DNA of 61,468 bases, taken from NCBI GenBank assembly GCA_944358355.1, contig CALVQY010000001.1, forward strand, positions 1 through 61,468, given 5' to 3'. Below, piece after piece: positions 28,994-37,195 of this stretch; positions within the stretch are counted from its first letter, which is position 1, and each line of letters starts with the position of its first letter. The notes beneath the pieces were generated by a model. The model saw only the letters and a program-made list of their open reading frames with translations. It searched no databases and was not told the DNA's origin. The DNA is from an uncultured Bacilli bacterium (GTDB lineage: Bacteria; Bacillota_I; Bacilli_A; RF39; UBA660). The translations under genes were made by a program, and so were the position numbers.

Positions 28994-29569
28994 ATGACGA
29001 ATAGTGCCAAGAAAGTAGGAAAAGAAAGGAAAGATATGCCAAAAATTAATGAGTTAAATAACTATATATCAACTATTACAAATAACTTTAATAATACCAT
29101 CTTAAAAATTAAAGATATTGAATATCATTATTACTTAGATAAATTACTTACTACTGAATTTAATAATTTAAAAGAAAAAGATAAAGAGTTAATTTTGGAA
29201 GAACTAATTAACTACTATCTAACAGAAATTAAAAATCTTAAATCTCAAATTTCTTTAAAAGAAATATCAAAACAGGTTAATGATATAATTGACTTTTTCA
29301 ATTTTCATAAAGACGATTTAAAAGATAACATAGACTATTGCTCTATTATTGAAGAAGCAGAAGATATCGCAAGTGATCTATATTCAAAGGTAACTAATGT
29401 TAATGATAGGAATATAGAATTGCCTATAAAAATTACATTTTTAAAATCCTACTGCATCAGTAGTAATATAAAAGATAATGATATTATAAGAGTACTTACA
29501 TGGATAGTTCTAAAACTATCTGTTATATACCACTGTTTGCCCAAACAGGCAATTAATTGTAGTAGATAA
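28994..29569 (+). CDS. hypothetical protein
   Basis: 191-aa ORF, helical and low-complexity, with no motif recognised. Confidence 0.45.
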   Translation: MTNSAKKVGKERKDMPKINELNNYISTITNNFNNTILKIKDIEYHYYLDKLLTTEFNNLKEKDKELILEELINYYLTEIKNLKSQISLKEISKQVNDIIDFFNFHKDDLKDNIDYCSIIEEAEDIASDLYSKVTNVNDRNIELPIKITFLKSYCISSNIKDNDIIRVLTWIVLKLSVIYHCLPKQAINCSR

Positions 29570-29594
29570 AATTAATATACATCCTACTTTCTTT

Positions 29595-29630
29595 AACTAG
29601 CATCTATAAAAGTATGCTAGTTTTATTATA
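29595..29630. terminator. bidirectional terminator between the 28994-29569 gene and mob
   Basis: AACTAGCAT (29595-29603) pairs with ATGCTAGTT (29614-29622), followed by TTTATT. Confidence 0.7.
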
Positions 29631-30897
29631 AACTTAATTCATCATCGTTAGATATATCATAGCCGTCATTATAATTTATACCTACATAATCAAATAGTTC
29701 ATCTTCTTTACTAGTATTATTAGCAATATCATAAACATCATCTTGATTAAAGTCATTATTGTCATAATAGTCCTTAATTTCGCCTGTAACAACATCTTTT
29801 GTAATTTCATTACCAATTTGTAATAACTTTCTAAAAAATGTCTTTATCGCCTTTAAAATAGCATTAATATAATCTCTTAACTTATTATTCTCTATTATAA
29901 GGTTACTATTTCTAGTTTTAAGATACTTTATTTCTCTTTGATATTTTTTGTTTTCTTTATCTAAAGAATTATAACTATTTACATAACTATTAATAACATT
30001 AAATACTTGCTCTATTTTAGGCTGTAACTCTTTAACCTTTTTAGTTTCCATAATAACCATATTCATAGTATCAAAAGTATCTTTTTCAACAACAATATGT
30101 TTCTTATCAAAAGGAATAGTTTTAGAAGTTTTCATTTGTTCTTCTAACTTATTCATAGCCTTATCTAATCTTTCATTTCTAGTATTTAAGTTCTGTTCCA
30201 ATTTTCTATTAATATTCTTATAGTCTTTAATCTTAATGTGCTTTCTATCACTACCTTTAATACCACGTTCTAAATCATAACCTTTATCTATTAATCTTTT
30301 ATGATATTTATCTTGTAATTCTGATAAATGAATATTATCTTTAATATATTGTTTCTTAGATATAGTATATCTTTCTGTTTTAGTTCTATTATCAAACTTT
30401 CTAACTAAAGGAACAACTACACAATGAATATGAGGTGTTTTCTCGTCCAGATGAATTACACTATGTAAAACTTGTTCTTTTTTATAACCCAAATCTTCAT
30501 AAACAAATTCCATACAAGTATTAGCCCACTCTTTTATATCATCTATTGTCATATTATCAAAAAATTCAGATGTAGCAGTAAATAATAATTCATCTGCAAC
30601 TACATTTCTTGACTTATCTAACATCTGTTTAAAAGTTTTCTTTCTATCTTCACGTTCTGTTTTCATTCTCTCATCATGTTCTTTTTTATATTCTTTAGTT
30701 AAATTATAAAAACCCTTAACATATTTATCTGTCAAGGATACTAATTCAATATTATTCTTACTTAAATTTTTATTTATATCAGGATTGGAATTATAAGCTT
30801 TCTTCTCCCTTTTATTATGAGAACCTATTTGTGCTAAATCATTTAATGTAAAAATAGGCTCACTTCTAAATATTGCATAATTTAAATTTATAAATAT
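29626..30897 (-). CDS. mob: MobV-family (Mob_Pre) relaxase; the conserved N-terminus lies upstream of the first canonical start
   Basis: HxDE..PHxH motif IHLDEKTPHIHCVVVPL. The in-frame extension 30736-30897 encodes ..NYAIFRSEPIFTLNDLAQIGSHNKREKKAYNSNPDINKNLSKNNIEL, matching the MobV motif I/II region (MSYxVxR...HNxR...N.DI). No ATG, GTG or TTG occurs between the TAG at 30898-30900 and the TTG at 30735. Confidence 0.8.
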   Translation of the reverse strand: MFINLNYAIFRSEPIFTLNDLAQIGSHNKREKKAYNSNPDINKNLSKNNIELVSLTDKYVKGFYNLTKEYKKEHDERMKTEREDRKKTFKQMLDKSRNVVADELLFTATSEFFDNMTIDDIKEWANTCMEFVYEDLGYKKEQVLHSVIHLDEKTPHIHCVVVPLVRKFDNRTKTERYTISKKQYIKDNIHLSELQDKYHKRLIDKGYDLERGIKGSDRKHIKIKDYKNINRKLEQNLNTRNERLDKAMNKLEEQMKTSKTIPFDKKHIVVEKDTFDTMNMVIMETKKVKELQPKIEQVFNVINSYVNSYNSLDKENKKYQREIKYLKTRNSNLIIENNKLRDYINAILKAIKTFFRKLLQIGNEITKDVVTGEIKDYYDNNDFNQDDVYDIANNTSKEDELFDYVGINYNDGYDISNDDELSL

Positions 30898-30929
30898 CTA
30901 CCTCCTCTTAATAATACAATTAATAAATA

Positions 30930-32675
30930 TTATTTATTATTAACCAACGGTTCATACTGCTGTAATGAATTAATTCTATATTCTACTAATTTATTAATTT
31001 TTAAACTATTAACATATAAATTAAATTCAACTTTATATTCTTCGTTCATTCTTTTATAAAATAATTCCCATATTTCTAAAAACCATGACCACGTATTTTC
31101 ATCAATCTCATTAGATAAATCAGGAACTAAATAATTATTATTTCTACAAATCTTAATAAATTCTTCTTGTACTATTTCTTTATCATTATCAATAAAACGA
31201 GAATCCAACCATTCTAATAAACTACAATCATATTCTAAGTTCTTAAAAGTTTTCTCAATATTTAATAATTTATCACTTAAGTATTTTGTTTTAATCTTGT
31301 CATTATATTCAATTGCTAAATCACTTAAAATTTTAGATTCTTTAAACTTAAAACCAAATAACTTTATTTTATTCTCATAAATACTTTTATTTACATCATA
31401 ATAATTCTTAAACATAATATCGAAAAAAACAGAAGCTACTTCATCTAAATTTAGATTTAATTCTAATGCACTATTCCATATAAGTATTTCATAAAAATCA
31501 TTAATAAATATATCTAATGTAATAAACTTATACTTACCATTTTTCATATGTTTATAAAGATTATTAATTTTGAAAGTTATTTTATCAATAGATAAATAAA
31601 ATTTATCTTTTTCATTAGGTTTCTTCTCTTCCAAGTAACTATCAATAGTTTTATTTAGTTTATTTTTTAAATCTGCACTATATTCACATTTGTATATATC
31701 TAATATATAATTTAAAATACAGGTGTCATCATTATTACTAAATACAGAATTAAAATAATGATTCATAATTCTAGAATTAATTTCTTCATCAATTACATAT
31801 TTAAAAGAATCATTATCATCTCTTTTCTCATCTGGCTTATAAACTTCTTCAGTACATTCAATAGCAACGGACATACAATTCTTCAGAACTAACAAATTAA
31901 CTTTCTTATTTTCTTTTATTTCAACATAATTATTAATTACTTCCTTAAATAAATTAATTCCTTTTATTATTGTACGTAAATTTCTAATATCATGTTTTTT
32001 TATATAATCATTAATAAAAGGAGTTACTTCTATTTCTTCGATATAACTACATATTTCACTAGTTACTAAATTTCTTATAGATTCATCAGAAAATTTTTGT
32101 ATTTTATATTCCTTTTCTATAATTTTTTCTTTAAACCTATTCCATTTTTTTCTATCACTATCAATCATATTATTTTCATCACCAATAATAACTATCTTCA
32201 CTTTATTAAATTGTGAAAATTCCTCAATCATCCCCATAATATCTTCAATTAAAATATTATTACTTTTTCGTTCTAAATCATCTATTACAATAATTAATGA
32301 TTTAGACTCTAATAAAGTACTATATTCAGATATCAAACCTTTTCTAGACAACTCAGGAGAATTTATGGTAAAGCCACAAATTGAAAAAGAAGCTTTAACA
32401 TTTTTAACAAATTTATGTAATATTATTTTCTTTTTATTCAATGAACTTAACTTTTTAAACAACTCTCTTGCTACACTATTTTCAATAGAATCAAAACTAG
32501 TTTTTCCAAATAAAGTTATATATATAAAATTTTCATTATGTTCTTTTATATATTTATTTACATAATAACTCTTACCTATACCCCAAGGACCATTAATAAA
32601 TATTTTCTTATAAGTATTATCATTATCTAATTGATTTAAAATTTCTAAAATAGCACTTGATTCCAACATAATCAC
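30930..32675 (-). CDS. KAP-family P-loop NTPase
   Basis: 581 aa. Walker A INGPWGIGKSYY and Walker B IVIDDLERK are typical KAP signatures, followed by a long helical C-terminal region. Confidence 0.75.
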   Translation of the reverse strand: MIMLESSAILEILNQLDNDNTYKKIFINGPWGIGKSYYVNKYIKEHNENFIYITLFGKTSFDSIENSVARELFKKLSSLNKKKIILHKFVKNVKASFSICGFTINSPELSRKGLISEYSTLLESKSLIIVIDDLERKSNNILIEDIMGMIEEFSQFNKVKIVIIGDENNMIDSDRKKWNRFKEKIIEKEYKIQKFSDESIRNLVTSEICSYIEEIEVTPFINDYIKKHDIRNLRTIIKGINLFKEVINNYVEIKENKKVNLLVLKNCMSVAIECTEEVYKPDEKRDDNDSFKYVIDEEINSRIMNHYFNSVFSNNDDTCILNYILDIYKCEYSADLKNKLNKTIDSYLEEKKPNEKDKFYLSIDKITFKINNLYKHMKNGKYKFITLDIFINDFYEILIWNSALELNLNLDEVASVFFDIMFKNYYDVNKSIYENKIKLFGFKFKESKILSDLAIEYNDKIKTKYLSDKLLNIEKTFKNLEYDCSLLEWLDSRFIDNDKEIVQEEFIKICRNNNYLVPDLSNEIDENTWSWFLEIWELFYKRMNEEYKVEFNLYVNSLKINKLVEYRINSLQQYEPLVNNK

Positions 32676-32695
32676 CTCATTAATATTATACTACT

Positions 32696-32865
32696 AAAAA
32701 AGACACTTTTCTTACTAAAGTATCTCTTTTCCTTGTATTTATTAGCATTCATAGTCATTTCCCTATTTTTGGGATACTCCTATTCCTCCATGACCAGCAT
32801 CAACCACAACACCTGTCACTATTCGCTCATTCATAATATTCACCTCTACATTAAAATATGTAAAA
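32696..32865 (+). repeat. repeat family Y, copy 1: element right end + att core + amidase 5' end, RBS and promoter; partner at 36046-36204
   Basis: About 90% identical to 36046-36204, except that copy 2 lacks the 9 nt TCCATGACC (32787-32795). Confidence 0.85.
32763..32834 (-). pseudogene. 5' fragment of the split amidase gene (MNERIVTGVVVDAGHGG) fused to 6 element-encoded codons and a stop
   Basis: AGAGGTGA RBS, ATG at 32834, then MNERIVTGVVVDAGHGG|IGVSQK*. VVDAGHGG is the missing first half of the Amidase_3 motif (D.GHGG.DPGA) whose second half starts the 16050-17681 ORF. Confidence 0.85.
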
Positions 32866-32904
32866 GGCCCTTTTTTGCTACTGTTTATAAACACTAAATT
32901 TAAT

Positions 32905-33033
32905 AAAGAAAAATAACCTTTTTACTTTTTAGTAATAAGGCTATTTTATACAACAATATTATATTCTAACTCTTTGTAATTTGTTACTAATTGTGGTTTC
33001 AAAAGGAAACTCCCTTTGTCCATATTCGTTATT
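32905..33033 (+). repeat. repeat family X, copy 2
   Basis: See 21141-21271. Confidence 0.8.
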
Positions 33034-33081
33034 ACATATACTCGAATTTACTAACTTATCTAAAAGTTAATTTTTATAATG

Positions 33082-33444
33082 CTATTTTAATCCAGCTTGT
33101 GACATTGTTGACAACTTTCCACCTTGGAACATTAAAACTACATTCGCTCCGACTCTTCCATTACCATTACATCCATAAGAAACTGTAACATATTGATCGC
33201 CAATACCTAAATCAGTAGTCCCAGTATTTGTGCATTGTCCACCAATAATATCCCATACTTGTTGTTCTGTCATTCCTGATGATAATTGATTATATTCATC
33301 TAAAGTTACAACAACATCTTTACTATCAGGATAAACATATTCAATATCTTCAACTTCATTAGATAAATCTTCTAGTTCTTCAGTACAGCCTGTTAACATT
33401 AATGGAACTAACATTAATGTTAGACTAAAAAATATTTTTTTCAT
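33082..33444 (-). CDS. small secreted lipoprotein (DUF3862/BLIP-like fold suspected)
   Basis: 120 aa. Signal peptide with lipobox LTGC. The mature part is rich in G/T/D. Confidence 0.6.
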   Translation of the reverse strand: MKKIFFSLTLMLVPLMLTGCTEELEDLSNEVEDIEYVYPDSKDVVVTLDEYNQLSSGMTEQQVWDIIGGQCTNTGTTDLGIGDQYVTVSYGCNGNGRVGANVVLMFQGGKLSTMSQAGLK

Positions 33445-33458
33445 AACCTCTCCTTTAA

Positions 33459-33917
33459 TTAAACTAATATATTTCCATTTGCATCAGCTTTTTTACATAA
33501 ACCAATAATAAAATCAATAAGTGCAATAAAACTTGGAATAAAAGTCCAACAGAATAATATAAATAGAATGCCTGTTCCTATTTTACCAGCATAAAACTTA
33601 TGAACACCTATTCCACCCAAAAAGAATGCTAATAAACAGTACACAACTTTATTTACTGCTTTTGTATTATTTGCAATATATGTAGGTTGTGGAGCATTTT
33701 GATTATTACTTACATTTATGTTAATTCCTGAATTAGAATTATTATCTCTTTTTTCTTCTTTTTTTGTAACAATCAAATTATTTTCAGTTTCATAAATTTC
33801 TACTTCATCGCCAACATCTGGAGTAAAATTGATATCTGTTATTCTTACTTCTTTAATACCACCAGTATCAGTTCCAATAGAAACAATATCACCGTTTATT
33901 TTAATGATTTTAGCCAT
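33459..33917 (-). CDS. TM2-domain membrane protein with an N-terminal soluble beta-rich domain
   Basis: C-terminal KVVYCLLAFFLGGIGVHKFYAGKIGTGILFILF is the TM2 signature. The start was chosen at the ATG at 33917 behind AAAGGAG; the track ORF starts at 33941. Confidence 0.7.
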   Translation of the reverse strand: MAKIIKINGDIVSIGTDTGGIKEVRITDINFTPDVGDEVEIYETENNLIVTKKEEKRDNNSNSGININVSNNQNAPQPTYIANNTKAVNKVVYCLLAFFLGGIGVHKFYAGKIGTGILFILFCWTFIPSFIALIDFIIGLCKKADANGNILV

Positions 33918-34047
33918 ACAAGCAACTCCTTTCTTCATCATTATAACACATCTTTCAAAAAAATACCATTTTAAATTATATTTGTATAATTAATAATACT
34001 AGTATTCATAATAATATTAGTTAAAATATTATTAAGGAGGTCAATGT

Positions 34048-34374
34048 ATGAATAATATTAAAGAGTTAAGAAAACAAAAAAATATTTTACAGACTAAATT
34101 AGCTTTAGATCTTAATTTAACTCAAGAAGCAATTAGTTCATACGAAACAGAAAGAGTAACACCAAGTGCAGATGTTCTTATAAAACTTGCTGATTACTTT
34201 AACACTAATATTGACTACTTACTTTGTCGTACTAAATATAATTTACCAATATCAGATATAAAACCAAATAATATAAATGAAGAACAATATAATTTATTAA
34301 TTAAAATTAATAAATTATCAAAAATTGATATTGCCAAAGTTGAAGGATATATTGATTCTTTAAATTCCAAATAA
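34048..34374 (+). CDS. XRE-family HTH transcriptional regulator
   Basis: 108 aa. IKELRKQKNILQTKLALDLNLTQEAISSYETERVTPSADVLIKLADYFNTNIDYLL. Confidence 0.85.
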   Translation: MNNIKELRKQKNILQTKLALDLNLTQEAISSYETERVTPSADVLIKLADYFNTNIDYLLCRTKYNLPISDIKPNNINEEQYNLLIKINKLSKIDIAKVEGYIDSLNSK

Positions 34375-34436
34375 ATTAAAAAAAGTGCGAATGTTATCCA
34401 TTTCACTTTTATATATTTTTTTATAAATACATTATG

Positions 34437-34886
34437 CTAAATTTCAATACTTTTAAAATCACACATAAATTCTAGTATAGAATTCATTACTATATGCTTT
34501 ATCATATCTTTTGCCATTATATCAAAATTATCTAAATCAAAAACATTAACTTTTCTAATTTCATAATAATAATTAACAAAACATCTTTCTAATTCTTCTC
34601 CCCCAAGAATAGGAATACCATTAATTAATTTACATTAAAAAAAATGAGCAATAGAATCATGATTTTCATCAAAACCTAAATAACCTATAATATCAACATT
34701 TATTGATAGTTATTCCTTTAATTCTCATCTTAATGTTTCTTCTAAAGTTTCCCCTTTTTCTATTCCTCCACCAGGTATTACATAATACTCTTTAAAAGTT
34801 CTATCACCATTAACTCTTCTTCTAAAAATAGTATATACTTCATCACTATCAATAATAATTCCTCTAACACTAATTCTTTTACTCAT
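34437..34886 (-). pseudogene. NUDIX hydrolase pseudogene (paralog of 23559-23981) with three in-frame stops
   Basis: The 450-nt frame reads MSKRISVRGIIIDSDEVYTIFRRRVNGDRTFKEYYVIPGGGIEKGETLEETLR*ELKE*LSINVDIIGYLGFDENHDSIAHFF*CKLINGIPILGGEELERC.... It is colinear with the intact copy. Stops TGA, TAA, TAA; no frameshift. Confidence 0.85.
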
Positions 34887-34903
34887 TTTTCACGTCTCCT
34901 ATA

Positions 34904-36046
34904 TTAGATATTATTCCATTTATATTTCGTATATCTTCCACCTGATATTTTACTTACTTTACCTTCTTTCAATAATCTACTTAATATTCTCTCAATAGTT
35001 ATTTCACTTAAATCTGGACATTTCTCTATTAGAAATGCTTTATCTATAGGAATAATATTCTCCTTAAAAATATTAATAATTCTCTCATATGATGTAACTT
35101 TTTTATTTCCTACAATATTAATTCTAGAATCAAATTCTTCATAAGCATTTAATATTATACCTAAATAGCACTCTACAAAATAAGAATAATCATTTTTATT
35201 ATCATGCCAATTTATTGAACTTTTTTCTAATGTATCATAATAAGTATATTTTGTATTTTCAATTATTTTTTCTATACTTATATATTTACCTACTAAATAA
35301 TCAGCTTTATATAGCAATAACAATGTTAATAATCTACTCATCCTTCCATTTCCATCATTAAATGGATGAATTGATACAAAATCTAATATAAATATTGGAA
35401 TTAATACTAATAAATCACAAGTCTCACTTACTACTAATTCATTATAACTTTTACACAATTCTTCAACTGCTATAGGTGTCTCAACAGGAGACAATGGTGT
35501 AAATCTTATTTTTCTTTCACCATTTTCATTTATTTCTTCAATATAATTTTGTGAATTTTTAAATTTACCACCATAACTATATCCAGAATATTTATATAAA
35601 TCTCTATGCAATTGTAAAATTGTATTTGGATTTATATCTATAAAATTATAGTTTTCATGTATTAAAGACAACACATCTCTATAACCTGCAATTTCCTCTT
35701 CATTTCTATTTTTAGGTTCAGTTTTTCGATTTACTATCTCTTTTAACCTTTTATCAGTAGTATAAATACCCTCAATTTTATTTGATGATGACGTACTTTG
35801 AATCTTGGCAATTTCTAGTAAAGTATCTAAAGTATCTTTTCTAGTTTCTAACAAAAAAGATTGTTTACCTTTATACTCATGAATTTTACTCATTAAGTTA
35901 ATAATATTACTATTAGATATAACAGTATTATATTCATTTAATAAATTAAATTTTCTCAAATTGCATCTTTCCCCTTTCATTTGCATCATTATAGCATAAA
36001 ATGATGCAATTATCAATGTGTTTGATGCAAATAAATTTACATGCAA
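34904..36046 (-). CDS. Fic-family protein (AMPylase/phosphocholine-transferase fold) with a C-terminal winged helix
   Basis: Fic motif HPFNDGNGRMSRLL. The track ORF start (36046) runs into repeat Y. A TTG at about 35959 or an ATG at about 35983-35989 behind AAGGGGAA is more likely. Confidence 0.85.
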   Translation of the reverse strand: MHVNLFASNTLIIASFYAIMMQMKGERCNLRKFNLLNEYNTVISNSNIINLMSKIHEYKGKQSFLLETRKDTLDTLLEIAKIQSTSSSNKIEGIYTTDKRLKEIVNRKTEPKNRNEEEIAGYRDVLSLIHENYNFIDINPNTILQLHRDLYKYSGYSYGGKFKNSQNYIEEINENGERKIRFTPLSPVETPIAVEELCKSYNELVVSETCDLLVLIPIFILDFVSIHPFNDGNGRMSRLLTLLLLYKADYLVGKYISIEKIIENTKYTYYDTLEKSSINWHDNKNDYSYFVECYLGIILNAYEEFDSRINIVGNKKVTSYERIINIFKENIIPIDKAFLIEKCPDLSEITIERILSRLLKEGKVSKISGGRYTKYKWNNI

Positions 36047-36204
36047 AAAGACACTTTTCTTACTAAAGCATCTCTTTTACTTGTATTTATCAGCATTCAT
36101 AGTCATTTCCCTATTTTTGGTATACTCCTATTCCAACATCTACAACAACACCTGTTACTATTCGCTCACTCATAATATTCACCTCTACATTAAAATATGT
36201 AAAA
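36046..36204 (+). repeat. repeat family Y, copy 2 (degenerate junction: MSERIVTGVVVDVGIGVYQK*)
   Basis: Same RBS, promoter and 5' codons as copy 1, but G-H-G of the amidase motif and the att core are deleted and the dyad arm is mutated (TTTGGTA). Confidence 0.85.
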
Positions 36205-36294
36205 ATCAAATCTATTTTATAATTAAATAAACTTATATATTTAATCTCTAACACTAACTATTTTTATATAACTATACCTCATAATTATATAATT

Positions 36295-37167
36295 CTAGTC
36301 ATCAAGATTAGATGTAACATATATAGTAGGATACTTAACTCCAAAGCTTCTATGAGAAACTAATTCCTTTTTAATTTTTTCTTCTAATCTCGTAACTTGT
36401 CTAAGTGTAAGATTAGCATCCATCTCTATCATTAATTGTATCTTATAATATTTACCATAGCGAATTAAATAAAATTTAACTTTCTCTACTCCTTTTATAT
36501 TTAACAAAAATTCTTCTATTTTCTTATAAAGTTCTAAATTATCTTCAACTTTACCTATTAAATTCATAGAATTATCTTTTAAAATATTAAAAGCTGTTTT
36601 AAATACAACAAATCCCATTACAAGTGCAACTACTATATCAACATATCTAAATATAACAATATCATCTGAAAATTGTAATAAAATAGTCGCCATAATAACT
36701 CCTATAGAAGAATATAAATCCATCTTTGATTCTTGATAAGATGTAATTAGTAACTGACTATTTATCTTTTTTCCAACTGAATAAAGAAAAAACAAAGTTA
36801 TTATCTTAAGTATTAAAGCTGCAAATAAAACAAATAGTACTAAAAGTGATGGAATATGCCATTTACTAATAAAACCATTAACTACTATGAAAATAGATAA
36901 TAGTAATAATATAACTCCTATTACTAAATTTATAATATACTCCATCTTACCAAAACCAAAAGGATGACTTTTAGTAGGACGTTTTTTAGATACTTTTATT
37001 CCAACAAAAGAAACAATATCAGTAATAAAATCACTTAATGTTTGCATTCCATCTGATATTAAAGATGCAAAATTAAAATAAAGTCCACCACCTATTTTTA
37101 AAATAGATATAAAGAAATTTATAATCATACTAAATACAAATACCTTAAATTCTCTTTTCATGCACAA
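36295..37167 (-). CDS. cation diffusion facilitator (CDF) family metal efflux transporter
   Basis: 290 aa. Six TM segments, SLISDGMQTLSDFITD in TM2, and a C-terminal cytoplasmic domain. Confidence 0.75.
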   Translation of the reverse strand: MCMKREFKVFVFSMIINFFISILKIGGGLYFNFASLISDGMQTLSDFITDIVSFVGIKVSKKRPTKSHPFGFGKMEYIINLVIGVILLLLSIFIVVNGFISKWHIPSLLVLFVLFAALILKIITLFFLYSVGKKINSQLLITSYQESKMDLYSSIGVIMATILLQFSDDIVIFRYVDIVVALVMGFVVFKTAFNILKDNSMNLIGKVEDNLELYKKIEEFLLNIKGVEKVKFYLIRYGKYYKIQLMIEMDANLTLRQVTRLEEKIKKELVSHRSFGVKYPTIYVTSNLDD

Positions 37168-37195
37168 CCCTCTATACTTTCATATATATTAAAAA

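Larger units (their letters stand above)
17632..32792 (-). mobile_element. ~15.2-kb integrative mobilizable element (large serine recombinase + MobV relaxase) inserted in the amidase gene
   Basis: The recombinase gene abuts the left junction. Both junctions share CCyCCrTG (17626-17633 and 32785-32792). The flanks join into one in-frame amidase ORF. The element ends form an imperfect dyad (TTTGGGA 32768-32774 / TCCCAAA 17650-17656). Confidence 0.8.
32866..36126 (-). mobile_element. decayed sister element / tandem remnant (no recombinase)
   Basis: It is bounded by the two Y copies, begins with X copy 2 (carrying the last codons of an XRE gene), carries a NUDIX pseudogene paralogous to 23559-23981, and ends in an att core with a 9-bp deletion. 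Confidence 0.5.

Noticed and set aside
30898-30930. Search for the MobV oriT immediately upstream of mob
   Set aside because: Only about 30 nt separate mob from the KAP stop codon. No inverted repeat or nic-like sequence that I could recognise lies there, so oriT remains unlocated (repeat X is a speculative alternative).
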